A DNA stretch of 64,000 nucleotides from assembly GCA_964016885.1 (NCBI GenBank), contig OZ024741.1:283712001-283776000 (forward strand), read 5' to 3'. Shown here one piece after another: positions 13,192 through 27,801 of this stretch. Below the pieces are notes generated by a model. It searched no databases, was not told the origin of the DNA, and saw only the letters and a list, made by a program, of their open reading frames with translations. Positions within the stretch are counted from its first letter, which is position 1, and each line of letters starts with the position of its first letter. The DNA comes from Eledone cirrhosa. Taxonomy: Eukaryota. Both the position numbers and the translations under genes were made by a program.

Positions 13192-14416
13192 ATTATTATT
13201 ATAGGACTTGAACATCTGAAACTACTTCGCTTTTCCTTATTCGATATTTACTCCGTCACTCCTATGTGGAAAAAGTACGTTGAGTGCTTGAATTGAATTG
13301 CATCAATATTTACCCTAAGAATTTAGCTCCAATTAGTTGAACGCTCTACGATGTAACCGATATGGTGGAGAAGAGAGGAACCAACCATGAGCTACCCCTG
13401 GAAATTCCCTCTACCATGGGGATGGAAACCCCTGACACTGGACGGACATAATAGCAACTTTCGGCAGGATAAATACGCGGAAACAAAACTAAGATAAACC
13501 CCTATTTTCCTGCAACAAATCGCATTTGAACAGAAGCCCCCTCAATTCAATCTATACATTGACAAATTGACAATCATATGGATCATTTTGCATATATGTA
13601 CTCTGTGTTTTTGCATTTATTCATTATTAGTTCTTTTCTTTTGCGTACTTTATGTCTGTTTTTTTTTGGTTTTGTTCCATGTGATGGAAATTATGACTGT
13701 GTACCAGATTGACTACTGTCTTGAATACTGTAGTTTACCCTCCGTTCTAATGTACGGCACTATCGTTCAATATGTGGATAGTGTAACTGTGACATTAGAA
13801 CCCCTCTCAGAACTTCTTACTTAAACATCTCTCTCCATATTATTTACTCACTTCAGTCTATATATTTTTTTACTCACCTCAATCCGGATTCTCACTTGAA
13901 AATTTTTTAAATTTCTAATTGTTAATTTTTTAATTGTTTAATTTATAATTTCTGATTTTTGATTTAGGATTTTAATTTTTATTTCCAACTCGCACTCATA
14001 ACTTCCAATGTAAAACCATGATACCTAGAATTAAGTTTATTTTCTCTTAGGAGTTGATGGTCAGTCGTACTGTCCACGCTTGGTGAGAGGTAGTATTGTG
14101 ACCTGTAAAAACTAACACTCTCCCATCCCCTCTGGCTTTCGGCTGACTGCCACAGTCGGGATGGGTAGCAGTAAACTATGGAACAGGCCTAAGTGGGTCA
14201 TTGTTTGGCTGAGAGGGTGAAGTGACTAAGCGAATTTCGTTGAAATCTGCGGTAGCTAATGGTCAACTTCATTCGGACATGCGCCTGCGCAGATCGGTGG
14301 GGGTGAATTGGTACTCACAGAGGAACGGGTGAAGAACCCAAAAGCACACACTTCGTCCGTTCCCATGTCGATTCAATTTGGATTGCCTCGGAAACATAAC
14401 CTTATTATGTAACAAA

Positions 14417-14488
14417 CTGTCTGATGATGTCACGACACTCGCACACAGAACAATGTGGCCAGTGTCGTCATTGAAATATATATCACAG
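14417..14488 (+). ncRNA. Type I hammerhead (second copy)
   Basis: Same as 13118-13191. Confidence 0.88.
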
Positions 14489-14566
14489 CATTATTATTAA
14501 AGGACTTGAACATCTGAAACTACTTCGCTTTTCCTTATTCTATATATATATATATATAATATATAT

Positions 14567-14603
<37 letters not shown>

Positions 14604-14637
14604 GATGATGATGATGATATATATATATATATGATGA

Positions 14638-14712
<75 letters not shown>

Positions 14713-14959
14713 TATATATAGAGAGAGAGAGATATAATATATATATACATATATATATATAATATATATATACATCTCCAGTCCTTTGCTATTTCTCTCT
14801 CTCTGTATTTCACCTCTCTCCTGCCCATCCCTTTCTGTTGCTCTAATCTATATCTCACCTCTACTCTCTCTCTCCCATCTTTGTCCATTCCCCCCTTCCC
14901 CCCTCTCTCTCTGTCTCTCTCTTGCCTTCTTTCTCTTTCACTCTGCATCTCTCTATTTC

Positions 14960-17005
14960 ACTATAGATACTTATATTAATTATGCCTCCAACCACCCTAA
15001 GCAGACTCTCAACTCCATAGTCTATAGTATCTCACATAGAATCTCGAGGCTATCCGCCAATGAGGATATCTTCAACCAAGCGACAGATTACTACAATAGG
15101 GCCCTGATAAGCGCCGGCTTTAACCGAGGAATTTCCTACATCCCTAACGCTAGCTCTAGAAACCACACCCCCTCACAAAACAAACGTTATAGTAAGCCAT
15201 ACCTATAACCGATCACGCGGCGACCTCGTTGAAGTCGGATATAATAGAATAGATAACCGCACCAAAGATCACGACCCCGGCGACGGTGAACACTGTAGAT
15301 TACTCGAACTATTTCACTATTACAAAACCAACAAAGGCGACGGCCTACTACCAACGCCTTCCAATCAACATCTTCGTGTACATAAACATGGAAGAGGTAG
15401 GAAGAGTGCACTCGAGCATAAAGTGAAAGGGGCACCGAACGGGCGACTGCGCATTAACACACATAAGAGCGGTCACCTAGATGGAACCACCCGTAGCAAA
15501 AGAACAAGGACACGTAATCGCCACCGTAACGTCCTATGGTCCCCCCCCCCCCCCTACTCTCGGAGTGTGGCTTCCAACATACCCCGGATGTTCTTCGAAG
15601 CCTTAGAGAAGAACTTCCCGCCCAACCATAGGTATAGAAAAATTCTTAATAGAAACAATATAAAAATATCCTTCTCTACTACTCCTAACCTAGCAGACAT
15701 CATAGGAACAACGAACCACAGTAAGATCACCAAGACACAGCACCTCGATACAGCCGCACCTACACCTGACAATAACTATATCGGCCTTAACAACTCCCTG
15801 GCAGCATCCAATAGTGTTGGCAACGGCATCCGCAGACGCAACCAGCATAACCGCGAAATGACTGGGGAACATGCAGGACATGACGTGCGGAATAACAATC
15901 GCACCACCCCGCGTGCTGTGGGTTGTAATGATGCTAACGACAGCTGCGGTAGCGTAGGTAACAACGTAGGCAGCAACAATGATAGCCTTACCGTGGGAAA
16001 TAGACGGAACCGCCACAGAAATTGCAACTGCCGCGACAGAGGACGCTGCCCCCTTAGAGGATACTGTTTGACTGATAGGGTTATATATAGATGCACTATT
16101 ACTAGCCACAATAGCGTTAAACATTATATAGGGGCTACCTCCGGCCCGTTCAAAATTAGGTTTCGAACACATCTCCACTCTTTCACAAATAGAAAACTAA
16201 GGCACTCCACTTCGCTCGCGGACTACATCACATCACTAAAGGACTTAAACATCAGCTTCTCCACGCACTGGGAGATTGTCGGCAGGGCTGCACCGTACAA
16301 CTTCAAGAGGAAATGCGATCTTTGCCTCATGGAGCTCTACCACATCATAACTGCACCCCACGAGCTCATCAACAGCAGAGCTGAAACAGCGATAAGTTGT
16401 AGACATCGCTTAAAAATATCCTTCTTCAGATGGGTTAAGGATGAGGAGTGAAACCGTACACCGGATCTCCCTGCAACAAGTCTTAACACCCCGGCGGGCA
16501 GGCGCTGCAAAATAACACCCAGGAAACAATCCTTGCATACCAGACCCAGCCTCAGACAAACAGATGCGGCAAAAAAAAAAAAAAAAAAAATTGTCCGGGA
16601 AAGACTACCCTAAAACCGGCCAGAGTTACCTCCCTTGACCTGCTGCAAAATCAAAACAAGATATTTTTGCGAGCAATGAACCTTGATGTGGATTTAACCC
16701 CCAAAACTCTTTCCGAGCAATATAAGGAACACTTGTGATTATTTATGCCCTTGAGAAGCCCAACTGGGCGAAACGTACGTAGGTGCTGTTTTAAATAAAC
16801 ATGTTTTAACGGTCTATTCTCCGATTTTTTACTTTCCCACGTGCTTACGCTGTGCTAACTCTCTAGCCCACTAAATATTAACACTTCGAATATTTTATAC
16901 TGCCGGCACTAGTATCGAGCACCTTTGGCATACGCTACTTGGCAAATAACTATATCTATCACCTATCCTCCCCTTTTTTCTCTTTCTCGATACGTAAATA
17001 CTGTA
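14960..17005 (+). pseudogene. 5'-truncated PLE family D (thumb, long low-complexity linker, GIY-YIG in 15423-16451)
   Basis: YINYASNHP...YYNRALISAGF; CNC..CPL..C; VIY...YIG; CDLC; CRH. Confidence 0.9.
16747..16786 (+). ncRNA. Hammerhead, U3-A8 core variant
   Basis: gccc-TTGAGAA-gccc aact gggc-GAAAC-GTAC-GTA-ggtgc; palindromic stem III. Confidence 0.8.
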
Positions 17006-17144
17006 TAGATATATATATATAGATATATATAATATATATATATTATATATATACATATATATATAATATATATATATAGATATATATATTATATATATAC
17101 ATATATATAATATATATATATAGATATATTTATTATATATATAC

Positions 17145-17176
<32 letters not shown>

Positions 17177-17187
17177 ATATATATAAA

Positions 17188-17221
<34 letters not shown>

Positions 17222-17264
17222 GTCAATGCTGTACTAAAATTTATATATATATATATATATATAT

Positions 17265-18411
17265 ACTCTTTTACCTGTTCCAGCCATCTGGCTGAGGCCA
17301 TGCTGGGGCACCGCCCTTGTTGCTACACATTTTATCTCCAGCCTCTATTGGTTGGCCATTGGTGTAAGAGGGAGTTTGTTGCTGCTGCCCTTAGGTTTCC
17401 CTTGTGCCTTGCTGTGGGCTCATCCGGGATCCTGGATAGCAAGTTGTCGAAATGTTTCTTGAAGACATCCACCTCCACACCATGCAGATCTCTCAGATCC
17501 CTCGGCAGCTTGTTAAAGAGTTGAGGGCCCTTGAATCCCAGGCTATTGCAATATCTGCTCCTTATTCTAGATGTGGAAGACGGGACCTTTGGCACCATAG
17601 AGTGACGTCTTGTTCGACGGTTGGTCCAGCTCCCAAAATTTGGTGCCAGTCTCTCCAGGATTTTCCACATGTATATCACTGCGTATCTCTCCCGTCTTCA
17701 TTCCAAGGAGTAGAGGTTCAGTTCTTTTAGCCTCTCCCAGTAGTTTATCTCCTTCATCGTTGCAATCCTCTTGGTGTAGCTTCGCTGGATTGCCCCAAGC
17801 TCCGTGGTTAGTTTGACACTATGGGGTGACCACAACTGGGAGCAATAGTCCAGGTGGCTTAGGTCAAATGTCCTCCATAGTGTCAACATGGTGTCTCGGT
17901 CACTTGTCCAGAAAGTCCTCAAGATCCAGCCAGCGAATCGTCTGCACATTGTCGCCACTTTCATGATGTGTGAGGAAAAAGATGCATCATCGCTCATGTC
18001 TATACCCAAGTCTCGTATCGATTTTGACATGGGGATATCAGTCCCTCCTGGTCCTGCGTAAGAGTGTTGTACTGTATTTGTGTTTGCACGTTTGTATTGT
18101 AGAGCTTGGAATTTGCCAGCATTAAACTGCATGTTATTTTCTTCTGCCCATTTGTATATGGCATCCAGATCTTGTTGTAAAAGGTCAGCGTCAGCCGGGT
18201 TTTGGATTGCCTGTGCAACCTTAGTGTCATCAGCATAGCTAGTGAGGGATGTTGTTGTATGTACTACAGAGGGCATGTCTGAGAGGGCAACCCAAAACAG
18301 TAGTGGTCCCAGGATTGTCCCTTGGGGTGCCCCACTTGTTATTGCTGTTTCCTTTGAGAGGGCCCCGTTTTCTGCGACTGTCTGGCTTCTGTCCTTTAAG
18401 AAGTCATGCAT
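17265..18411 (-). mobile_element. CR1-group LINE 3' fragment
   Basis: SGAPQGTILGPLLF, YADDTK, RDLG, LDYCSQLWSP, GPQLFNKLP; 3' end ggtgccccagcatggcc...gtaaaaga. Confidence 0.88.
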
Positions 18412-18416
18412 ATGAG

Positions 18417-18464
<48 letters not shown>

Positions 18465-18707
18465 GGTGGAGAGAGAGATGTAAGTGGGTGTACGTTGAGA
18501 TGCGTGTTGTGTATAAGACGTGTAGAAGAATGAAGGAAAGAGTATAAAGGATAAAATAAGAACACGAGAGAGAGTTACCTTGGGAGAGATTTAATTGTCC
18601 CTATATATTTCGGATTCACATCCATCAACTGGGGGTTTTTATATGTATAAATATATATATATATATATATATAATATGTATAAATATATATATATATATA
18701 TAATATG

Positions 18708-19209
<502 letters not shown>

Positions 19210-19257
19210 ATCTTCTATACACAATCATACACACCCGTGTATATTTACCTATCTATA

Positions 19258-19349
<92 letters not shown>

Positions 19350-19350
19350 G

Positions 19351-19520
<170 letters not shown>

Positions 19521-19547
19521 TATATATATTTATATATATATATATAT

Positions 19548-19645
19548 ATAGGAACCAGTAAGACCCCGACAGCTCAGCTCAAGCCGTTTCGACGGCTAAT
19601 TCGAAACGGCTTGAGCTCAGCTGTCGGGGTCTTACTGGTTCCTAT
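19548..19645. repeat. Palindrome containing only the 3' half of a hammerhead
   Basis: 45-bp arms, 8-nt spacer; GAAAC-ggct tgagctc agct-GTC. Confidence 0.8.
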
Positions 19646-19721
19646 TACCCACTCTACTACTTCAAGTATTGAGTACTTTGGTGCGTTATGGTCCACCTGG
19701 TTCCTTACCACATTTCCTTCG

Positions 19722-19773
<52 letters not shown>

Positions 19774-20096
19774 TATGTATAAATCTATATATATATATAT
19801 ATAATATGTATATATATATATATATATATTTATACATATAAAAACCCCCAGTTGATGGATGTGAATCTGAAATATATATGTATATATATATATATATAAT
19901 ATGTATATATATATAATATGTATATATATGTATATATATATATATAATATGTATATATATATATATAATATGTATATATATATATATAATATGTATATAT
20001 ATATAATATGTATATATATAATATGTATATATATATATATAATATGTATATATATATAATATGTATATATATATAATATGTATATGTATATATATG

Positions 20097-20132
<36 letters not shown>

Positions 20133-20360
20133 ATATGTATAAATATATATATATATAATATGTATAAATATATATATATATATTTATACATATTATATAT
20201 ATATATATATATTTATACATATATATATATATATATAATATGTATAAATATATATATATATAATATGTATAAATATATATATATATATATATAATATGTA
20301 TAAATATATATATATATATAATATGTATAAATATATATATATATGTAATATGTATAAATA

Positions 20361-20444
<84 letters not shown>

Positions 20445-20636
20445 GTATATATATATAATATGTATAAATATATATAATATGTATATATATATAAAATAGG
20501 TATAAATATATATATATATAATATGTATATATATATATATAATATGTATATATATATATATATATATAATATGTATATATATATATATATAAATATATAT
20601 ATATATAATATGTATATATATATATATATATATATA

Positions 20637-20761
<125 letters not shown>

Positions 20762-20911
20762 CAGTATTTTCCGTTGTGTTGTAATATAAATATTACACAC
20801 AGTAGATTATCAGCTCACGCAGAGTTTGCTCGACGGTTCCAGTTGTAGTTCCAAAAGTAATCCGGAGAAAAATAGAAAGATTTGAATGGATACAGTTTAG
20901 TTGAAAGGAAT

Positions 20912-21031
20912 TTATTGACACGTGTTTCTATAACAGTTACATAACCTAAAACAGCTGCTATCTACAAACTTTTAGTTATGCAGACATTCAATATTTCAAT
21001 GTTATTATTTACTGTCATTTCATCAGAATAA
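20912..21031 (-). ncRNA. Hammerhead with 91-nt stem II (main family)
   Basis: ttatt-CTGATGA-a atgacagt...actgttat a-GAAAC-ACGT-GTC-aataa. Confidence 0.85.
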
Positions 21032-21583
21032 TATTACTGAGGACCTATTTAGTTTTTATAGAGAATATTAGGAGGGAGGGGTGAAGTTGTTAGAAGAATA
21101 GTTGAAGGAGTGGTTTTTCGATAGCAGTGAGAATTCTTGGTGGCAGTGAGTAATTAGATTCCCATCTGTTGTTTTGACATTTTTTATAGAATATATTATT
21201 GGTTATTTTTCTAAATCTATAGAAGGATTAGAGATAGTAAAGATATGCGTGGTTGGTTTTGTGTTTGCACTTAATTAACATTCAGACTTAAATTTTTCTT
21301 TCAAGTGTACGTATCCTTTCACCCACGCATTCACAAACAAATATATTTGCACACCTCTACAAAATACATATACTCACAATTCACATATTCATACTTACAT
21401 ATATATACACATGCATACACATATATATACACACATGTATTCATGTACATACATACGCGCTCATGTGTATACATTTTCATACTCAACTTATCTTTATATA
21501 CACACGTATAGACACACACATATATACATACATACTCTAGTCCATGTGTACACACATACACATACATACACATCCATATACAC

Positions 21584-21654
<71 letters not shown>

Positions 21655-21921
21655 CACTTTAATACATGAATACACTTACATCTAACTATACACATCAAAC
21701 ATATATATATATTTACTTATTTATATACATTTTCACATATATATACATACTTATGGACGTTTTTAGACACATTCATTATCGCATATTTGTACCTATTCTC
21801 ATCAGCATATCTTTCCATTATTAGTGTGGTAATTTAAGGTTATTAATATATGTTGAGAAGAGATTGTTTTTATATTTTTCTAACTAGATTAAGGTTTATA
21901 TAGTTGGGGGATGTCCCTCTT

Positions 21922-24243
21922 TTATGTAATATTCGGCTTGTAGTGGGAAAAAAGGGTTTTAGTTCTGTGACGGCAGAATAATGTTCGTTCAATTCTGTTA
22001 TTCAGCAGTTTCTTCTTGTGTGTGATTATGTAATAAATCTCAAGATTACACAATTTGCAGAAATTTTGGCTCCTGGAAAAGCTTTGGGTTTTAGCTAATT
22101 TTTCCCATTTTAGGGTAAACTTGTGATCGCTATCCCTGAGCGTCCAAGCTTTTTCTGCTAAAGTTGTTACATTTCTTTGGCTCTGGTGTTTTATTGAGTA
22201 AGAATGCCTATACAATCGAGATTTAAACGATGTTGCCGTTGATCCCACGTAATACCACTCGTTGCCTCCGGATTTAATGGTACACTTATAAATAATATTT
22301 TTTTCCCGGCAGTTATTGCCGAGGGGGCAGTTGTCAGGATAGGTGCAGTTACAGTTGTGTACGTTGGGTTTTCTCTGGAGTAGTATTGCGGACGAACTTA
22401 GGTGTGGTTTATTTATGTTCTGTAGTGTATTGTTTACTGTTTTTTTTGTGTTCTTTGTACTTAAGTTCTTAGTGTTTTCGTTTAACCTTCTAGTATTGAT
22501 CTTTTTTATGTGTTGTTCAAGGTTTAACGCTGTAGAGTATGACAGTCTTATAGTGGTAGGGTTTAGGATTTTGTGGTATTTGTGTGATGTGGGAAAATGT
22601 CTTTTAATTATTTTAAAGAAGAGTACTGGTAAATTTGTACTAATGGAACTATTGTATTCGGGGTTATACCATAAGTACTCTTTGCATCGCTTTCTATTAG
22701 TTTTGTTTGTTGGTTTACTGGTGTGCATACTATGGTAGTAAGTGTGGTTTGGTGTTGTGTTATTATATCTACCTATGTGGGATTTATTTTGGGTGTTTTG
22801 ATTGTTCCCATCTATGTACTCTATTTTGTTGAGGTAGCCTGCTTTACTAAGGGCGTTATCGTAGTACTCGGCGTGTTCCTTAAATACTTGTATGTTAGAA
22901 GATAGACCCGAGATTCTAAGGGAAATATTTTTAGGGATAGATTTAATTATAGAGATGGGGTGGTTAGACCCAACATTTACGTATTTGAGATTTTCATTCA
23001 ATTTATGAAACGGTTTAATCAAACCAGAGTTTAAATTGAGTGTGACATCCAAGAAGTTAACTACTTTAAGGTTGTATTCATATGTTATAGTTAGTCCTAT
23101 TTCGAGTAGTAGTTTTCTTATATCTTTGCGTAGTTTTTCTAGTTTTTGGTTATTAAGGTTTTTAGCTAGGAGGAGAACATCGTCGCGGTATATTCCGCCG
23201 TGGAGATTGCTGAATTTTTCCTGGAGTCTAAAGGCGATAAATAACCCCACAATATCAGTTATTTCCGCCGAATCGTTAGAGCCCATTGTTATGTCAAAGT
23301 TAGAGGGTCTATCTTTACGTACCCAATAACTGTTCTCAAATTTGACTATAGTTTTCCTAGCTTCTAATATAATCTTAATTTCATCGTTTGTAAGGTCAGA
23401 GTTATCCTTAGCAAACTTAATGGCTCTATTCAAAGTTTCAGGTGATATCGATGAGTAATATTCATCGATATCAAACTGGATAAACTTAGATTTATTCTTA
23501 TTACTAATGCTATTAAACCATCTTATTGCTTCTTGGGTCTTCCCCCAGAGTTTAATGTTAACCTTAGCCTTAATTTGGGGGATGATTCTATCTAAGATAT
23601 ATTTGCTTATTTTACCTATATCTGATTTAGAGGGGCAGATTAATCTAATTTTAGGGTCATTATCAAAGTTTACCTTGTGGTCCTTAAGATTGAAGGTGGG
23701 TACCGCCGGTAAGAGTGGTCCTGTCCTATCTTCGATTCCGAGATTTTTCACTATTTCGCATGCCTCATCATTGATGTGCTTAAGGGTTACTTCACTCGTT
23801 TTTCTATATTTTTTATGTAATTCTTTTCGAATGAAGTTGTTGTATGTAGTGCAATCCATAGTGTACAGGTTTGATGTTTTGTCCGCTTTTACTACAATTC
23901 CTTTGGTGTTTTTAAGGTCGTCCAGTAGTTTTTTTATATCTTTCTGTAATTTGCTGTTGGTGTTGCGTCCTTTGAATTTAATTTTAAGGATTAAGTTCAT
24001 AAGGTCCTGCTCAAATGCATCTAATAGTGGGTTGGTGGGTGGGTTTTTACAAGTCCTAAAACCGAATTTGTTGTTTACACCACTTTCTAATGTTGAGTTC
24101 ATACGGCTTCTATCATAGTGGAGCGTTTTCCACCTGACACGTCGAATGAATTCATTAGTTTTTTGAATCATACTCAATAAATATTCCTTTCTACCTTGGG
24201 TTGGTATGTTTTTGAGTGACATATCCAGGTAGTGTTTTTCCAT
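21922..24243 (-). CDS. Intact PLE polyprotein: reverse transcriptase plus GIY-YIG endonuclease (Hydra-clade-like), 773 aa
   Basis: KADKT; FIQFDIDEYYSSI; ITMGSNDS; GIYRDD; VNFLDVTL; SNHP; CNC-x5-CPL-x3-C; IIY..YVG; CKLC; CRH. Confidence 0.96.
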   Translation of the reverse strand: MEKHYLDMSLKNIPTQGRKEYLLSMIQKTNEFIRRVRWKTLHYDRSRMNSTLESGVNNKFGFRTCKNPPTNPLLDAFEQDLMNLILKIKFKGRNTNSKLQKDIKKLLDDLKNTKGIVVKADKTSNLYTMDCTTYNNFIRKELHKKYRKTSEVTLKHINDEACEIVKNLGIEDRTGPLLPAVPTFNLKDHKVNFDNDPKIRLICPSKSDIGKISKYILDRIIPQIKAKVNIKLWGKTQEAIRWFNSISNKNKSKFIQFDIDEYYSSISPETLNRAIKFAKDNSDLTNDEIKIILEARKTIVKFENSYWVRKDRPSNFDITMGSNDSAEITDIVGLFIAFRLQEKFSNLHGGIYRDDVLLLAKNLNNQKLEKLRKDIRKLLLEIGLTITYEYNLKVVNFLDVTLNLNSGLIKPFHKLNENLKYVNVGSNHPISIIKSIPKNISLRISGLSSNIQVFKEHAEYYDNALSKAGYLNKIEYIDGNNQNTQNKSHIGRYNNTTPNHTYYHSMHTSKPTNKTNRKRCKEYLWYNPEYNSSISTNLPVLFFKIIKRHFPTSHKYHKILNPTTIRLSYSTALNLEQHIKKINTRRLNENTKNLSTKNTKKTVNNTLQNINKPHLSSSAILLQRKPNVHNCNCTYPDNCPLGNNCREKNIIYKCTIKSGGNEWYYVGSTATSFKSRLYRHSYSIKHQSQRNVTTLAEKAWTLRDSDHKFTLKWEKLAKTQSFSRSQNFCKLCNLEIYYIITHKKKLLNNRIERTLFCRHRTKTLFSHYKPNIT

Positions 24244-24447
24244 TGTTGTGGTTGCGTTTGCTGTGTGGGTTGCTCGACTTTACAGGAGGTAAATATACAG
24301 TATTTTCCGTTGTGTTGTAATATAAATATTACACACAGTAGATTATCAGCTCACGTAGAGTTTGCTCGACGGTTCCAGTTGTAGTTCCAAAAGTAATCCG
24401 GAGAAAAATAGAAAGATTTGAATGGATACAGTTTAGTCGAAAGGAAT

Positions 24448-24567
24448 TTATTGACACGTGTTTCTATAACAGTTACATAACCTAAAACAGCTGCTATCTA
24501 CAAACTTTTAGTTATGCAGACATTCAATATTTCAATGTTATTATTTACTGTCATTTCATCAGAATAA
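24448..24567 (-). ncRNA. Hammerhead with 91-nt stem II
   Basis: Same motif as 20912-21031. Confidence 0.85.
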
Positions 24568-25123
24568 TATTACTGAGGACCTATTTAGTTTTTATAGAGA
24601 ATATTAGGAGGGAGGGGTGAAGTTGTTAGAAGAATAGTTGAAGGAGTGGTTTTTCGATAGCAGTGAGAATTCTTGGTGGCAGTGAGAAATTAGATTCCCA
24701 TCTGTTGTTTTGACATTTTTTATAGAATATATTATTGGTTATTTTTTTAAATCTATAGAAGGATTAGAGATAGTAAAGATATGCGTGGTTGGTTTTGTGT
24801 TTGCACTTAATTAACATTCAGACTTAAATTTTTCTTTCAAGTGTACGTATCCTTTCACCCACGCATTCACAAACAAATATATTTGCACACCTCTACAAAA
24901 TACATATACTCACAATTCACATATTCATACTTACATATATATACACATGCATACACATATATATACACACATGTATTCATGTACATACATACGCGCTCAT
25001 GTGTATACATTTTCATACTCAACTTATCTTTATATACACACGTATAGACACACACATATATACATACATACTCTAGTCCATGTGTACACACATACACATA
25101 CATACACATCCATATACACATAT

Positions 25124-25212
<89 letters not shown>

Positions 25213-25479
25213 CACTTTAATACATGAATACACTTACATCTAACTATACACATCAAACATATATATATATTTACTTATTTATATACATTTTCACATATAT
25301 ATACATACTTATGGACGTTTTTAGACACATTCATTATCGCATATTTGTACCTATTCTCATCAGCATATCTTTCCATTATTAGTGTGGTAATTTAAGGTTA
25401 TTAATATATGTTGAGAAGAGATTGTTTTTATATTTTTCTAACTAGATTAAGGTTTATATAGTTGGGGGATGTCCCTCTT

Positions 25480-27801
25480 TTATGTAATATTCGGCTTGTA
25501 GTGGGAAAAAAGGGTTTTAGTTCTGTGACGGCAGAATAATGTTCGTTCAATTCTGTTATTCAGCAGTTTCTTCTTGTGTGTGATTATGTAATAAATCTCA
25601 AGATTACACAATTTGCAGAAATTTTGGCTCCTGGAAAAGCTTTGGGTTTTAGCTAATTTTTCCCATTTTAGGGTAAACTTTTGATCGCTATCCCTGAGCG
25701 TCCAAGCTTTTTCTGCTAAAGTTGTTACATTTCTTTGGCTCTGGTGTTTTATTGAGTAAGAATGCCTATACAATCGAGATTTAAACGATGTTACCGTTGA
25801 TCCCACGTAATACCACTCGTTGCCTCCGGATTTAATGGTACACTTATAAATAATATTTTTTTCCCGGCAGTTATTGCCGAGGGGGCAGTTGTCAGGATAG
25901 GTGCAGTTACAGTTGTGTACGTTGGGTTTTCTCTGGAGTAGTATTGCGGACGAACTTAGGTGTGGTTTATTTATGTTCTGTAGTGTATTGTTTACTGTTT
26001 TTTTTGTGTTCTTTGTACTTAAGTTCTTAGTGTTTTCGTTTAACCTTCTAGTATTGATCTTTTTTATGTGTTGTTCAAGGTTTAACGCTGTAGAGTATGA
26101 CAGTCTTATAGTGGTAGGGTTTAGGATTTTGTGGTATTTGTGTGATGTGGGAAAATGTCTTTTAATTATTTTAAAGAAGAGTACTGGTAAATTTGTACTA
26201 ATGGAACTATTGTATTCGGGGTTATACCATAAGTACTCTTTGCATCGCTTTCTATTAGTTTTGTTTGTTGGTTTACTGGTGTGCATACTATGGTAGTAAG
26301 TGTGGTTTGGTGTTGTGTTATTATATCTACCTATGTGGGATTTATTTTGGGTGTTTTGATTGTTCCCATCTATGTACTCTATTTTGTTGAGGTAGCCTGC
26401 TTTACTAAGGGCGTTATCGTAGTACTCGGCGTGTTCCTTAAATACTTGTATGTTAGAAGATAGACCCGAGATTCTAAGGGAAATATTTTTAGGGATAGAT
26501 TTAATTATAGAGATGGGGTGGTTAGACCCAACATTTACGTATTTGAGATTTTCATTCAATTTATGAAACGGTTTAATCAAACCAGAGTTTAAATTGAGTG
26601 TGACATCCAGGAAGTTAACTACTTAAAGGTTGTATTCATAAGTTATAGTTAGTCCTATTTCGAGTAGTAGTTTTCTTATATCTTTGCGTAGTTTTTCTAG
26701 TTTTTGGTTATTAAGGTTTTTAGCTAGGAGGAGAACATCGTCGCGGTATATTCCGCCGTGGAGATTGCTGAATTTTTCCTGGAGTCTAAAGGCGATAAAT
26801 AACCCCACAATATCAGTTATTTCCGCCGAATCGTTAGAGCCCATTGTTATGTCAAAGTTAGAGGGTCTATCTTTACGTACCCAATAACTGTTCTCAAATT
26901 TGACTATAGTTTTCCTAGCTTCTAATATAATCTTAATTTCATCGTTTGTAAGGTCAGAGTTATCCTTAGCAAACTTAATGGCTCTATTCAAAGTTTCAGG
27001 TGATATCGATGAGTAATATTCATCGATATCAAACTGGATAAACTTAGATTTATTCTTATTACTAATGCTATTAAACCATCTTATTGCTTCTTGGGTCTTC
27101 CCCCAGAGTTTAATGTTAACCTTAGCCTTAATTTGGGGGATGATTCTATCTAAGATATATTTGCTTATTTTACCTATATCTGATTTAGAGGGGCAGATTA
27201 ATCTAATTTTAGGGTCATTATCAAAGTTTACCTTGTGGTCCTTAAGATTGAAGGTGGGTACCGCCGGTAAGAGTGGTCCTGTCCTATCTTCGATTCCGAG
27301 ATTTTTCACTATTTCGCATGCCTCATCATTGATGTGCTTAAGGGTTACTTCACTCGTTTTTCTATATTTTTTATGTAATTCTTTTCGAATGAAGTTGTTG
27401 TATGTAGTGCAATCCATAGTGTACAGGTTTGATGTTTTGTCCGCTTTTACTACAATTCCTTTGGTGTTTTTAAGGTCGTCCAGTAGTTTTTTTATATCTT
27501 TCTGTAATTTGCTGTTGGTGTTGCGTCCTTTGAATTTAATTTTAAGGATTAAGTTCATAAGGTCCTGCTCAAATGCATCTAATAGTGGGTTGGTGGGTGG
27601 GTTTTTACAAGTCCTAAAACCGAATTTGTTGTTTACACCACTTTCTAATGTTGAGTTCATACGGCTTCTATCATAGTGGAGCGTTTTCCACCTGACACGT
27701 CGAATGAATTCATTAGTTTTTTGAATCATACTCAATAAATATTCCTTTCTACCTTGGGTTGGTATGTTTTTGAGTGACATATCCAGGTAGTGTTTTTCCA
27801 T
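25480..27801 (-). pseudogene. Second ORF copy with a single nonsense change (AAA>TAA at 26623-26625)
   Basis: Same 2322-nt length as the intact copy; frame preserved. Confidence 0.93.

Larger units (their letters stand above)
12720..14540 (+). mobile_element. Non-autonomous PLE-like element: 523-bp direct repeats (12720-13242, 14018-14540), 1298-bp period, no RT ORF
   Basis: Near-identical direct repeats each with an HHR; short snap-back at 12709-12729; ends in (TA)n. Confidence 0.8.

Noticed and set aside
23507-24118. 203-aa and other antisense ORFs within PLE and RTE copies
   Set aside because: Shadow frames opposite the RT genes with no motifs; they recur only because the element is repeated
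26623-26625. Programmed read-through or selenocysteine, as in some Naiad PLEs
   Set aside because: The stop is TAA, present in one copy only; the EN is C-terminal, unlike Naiads
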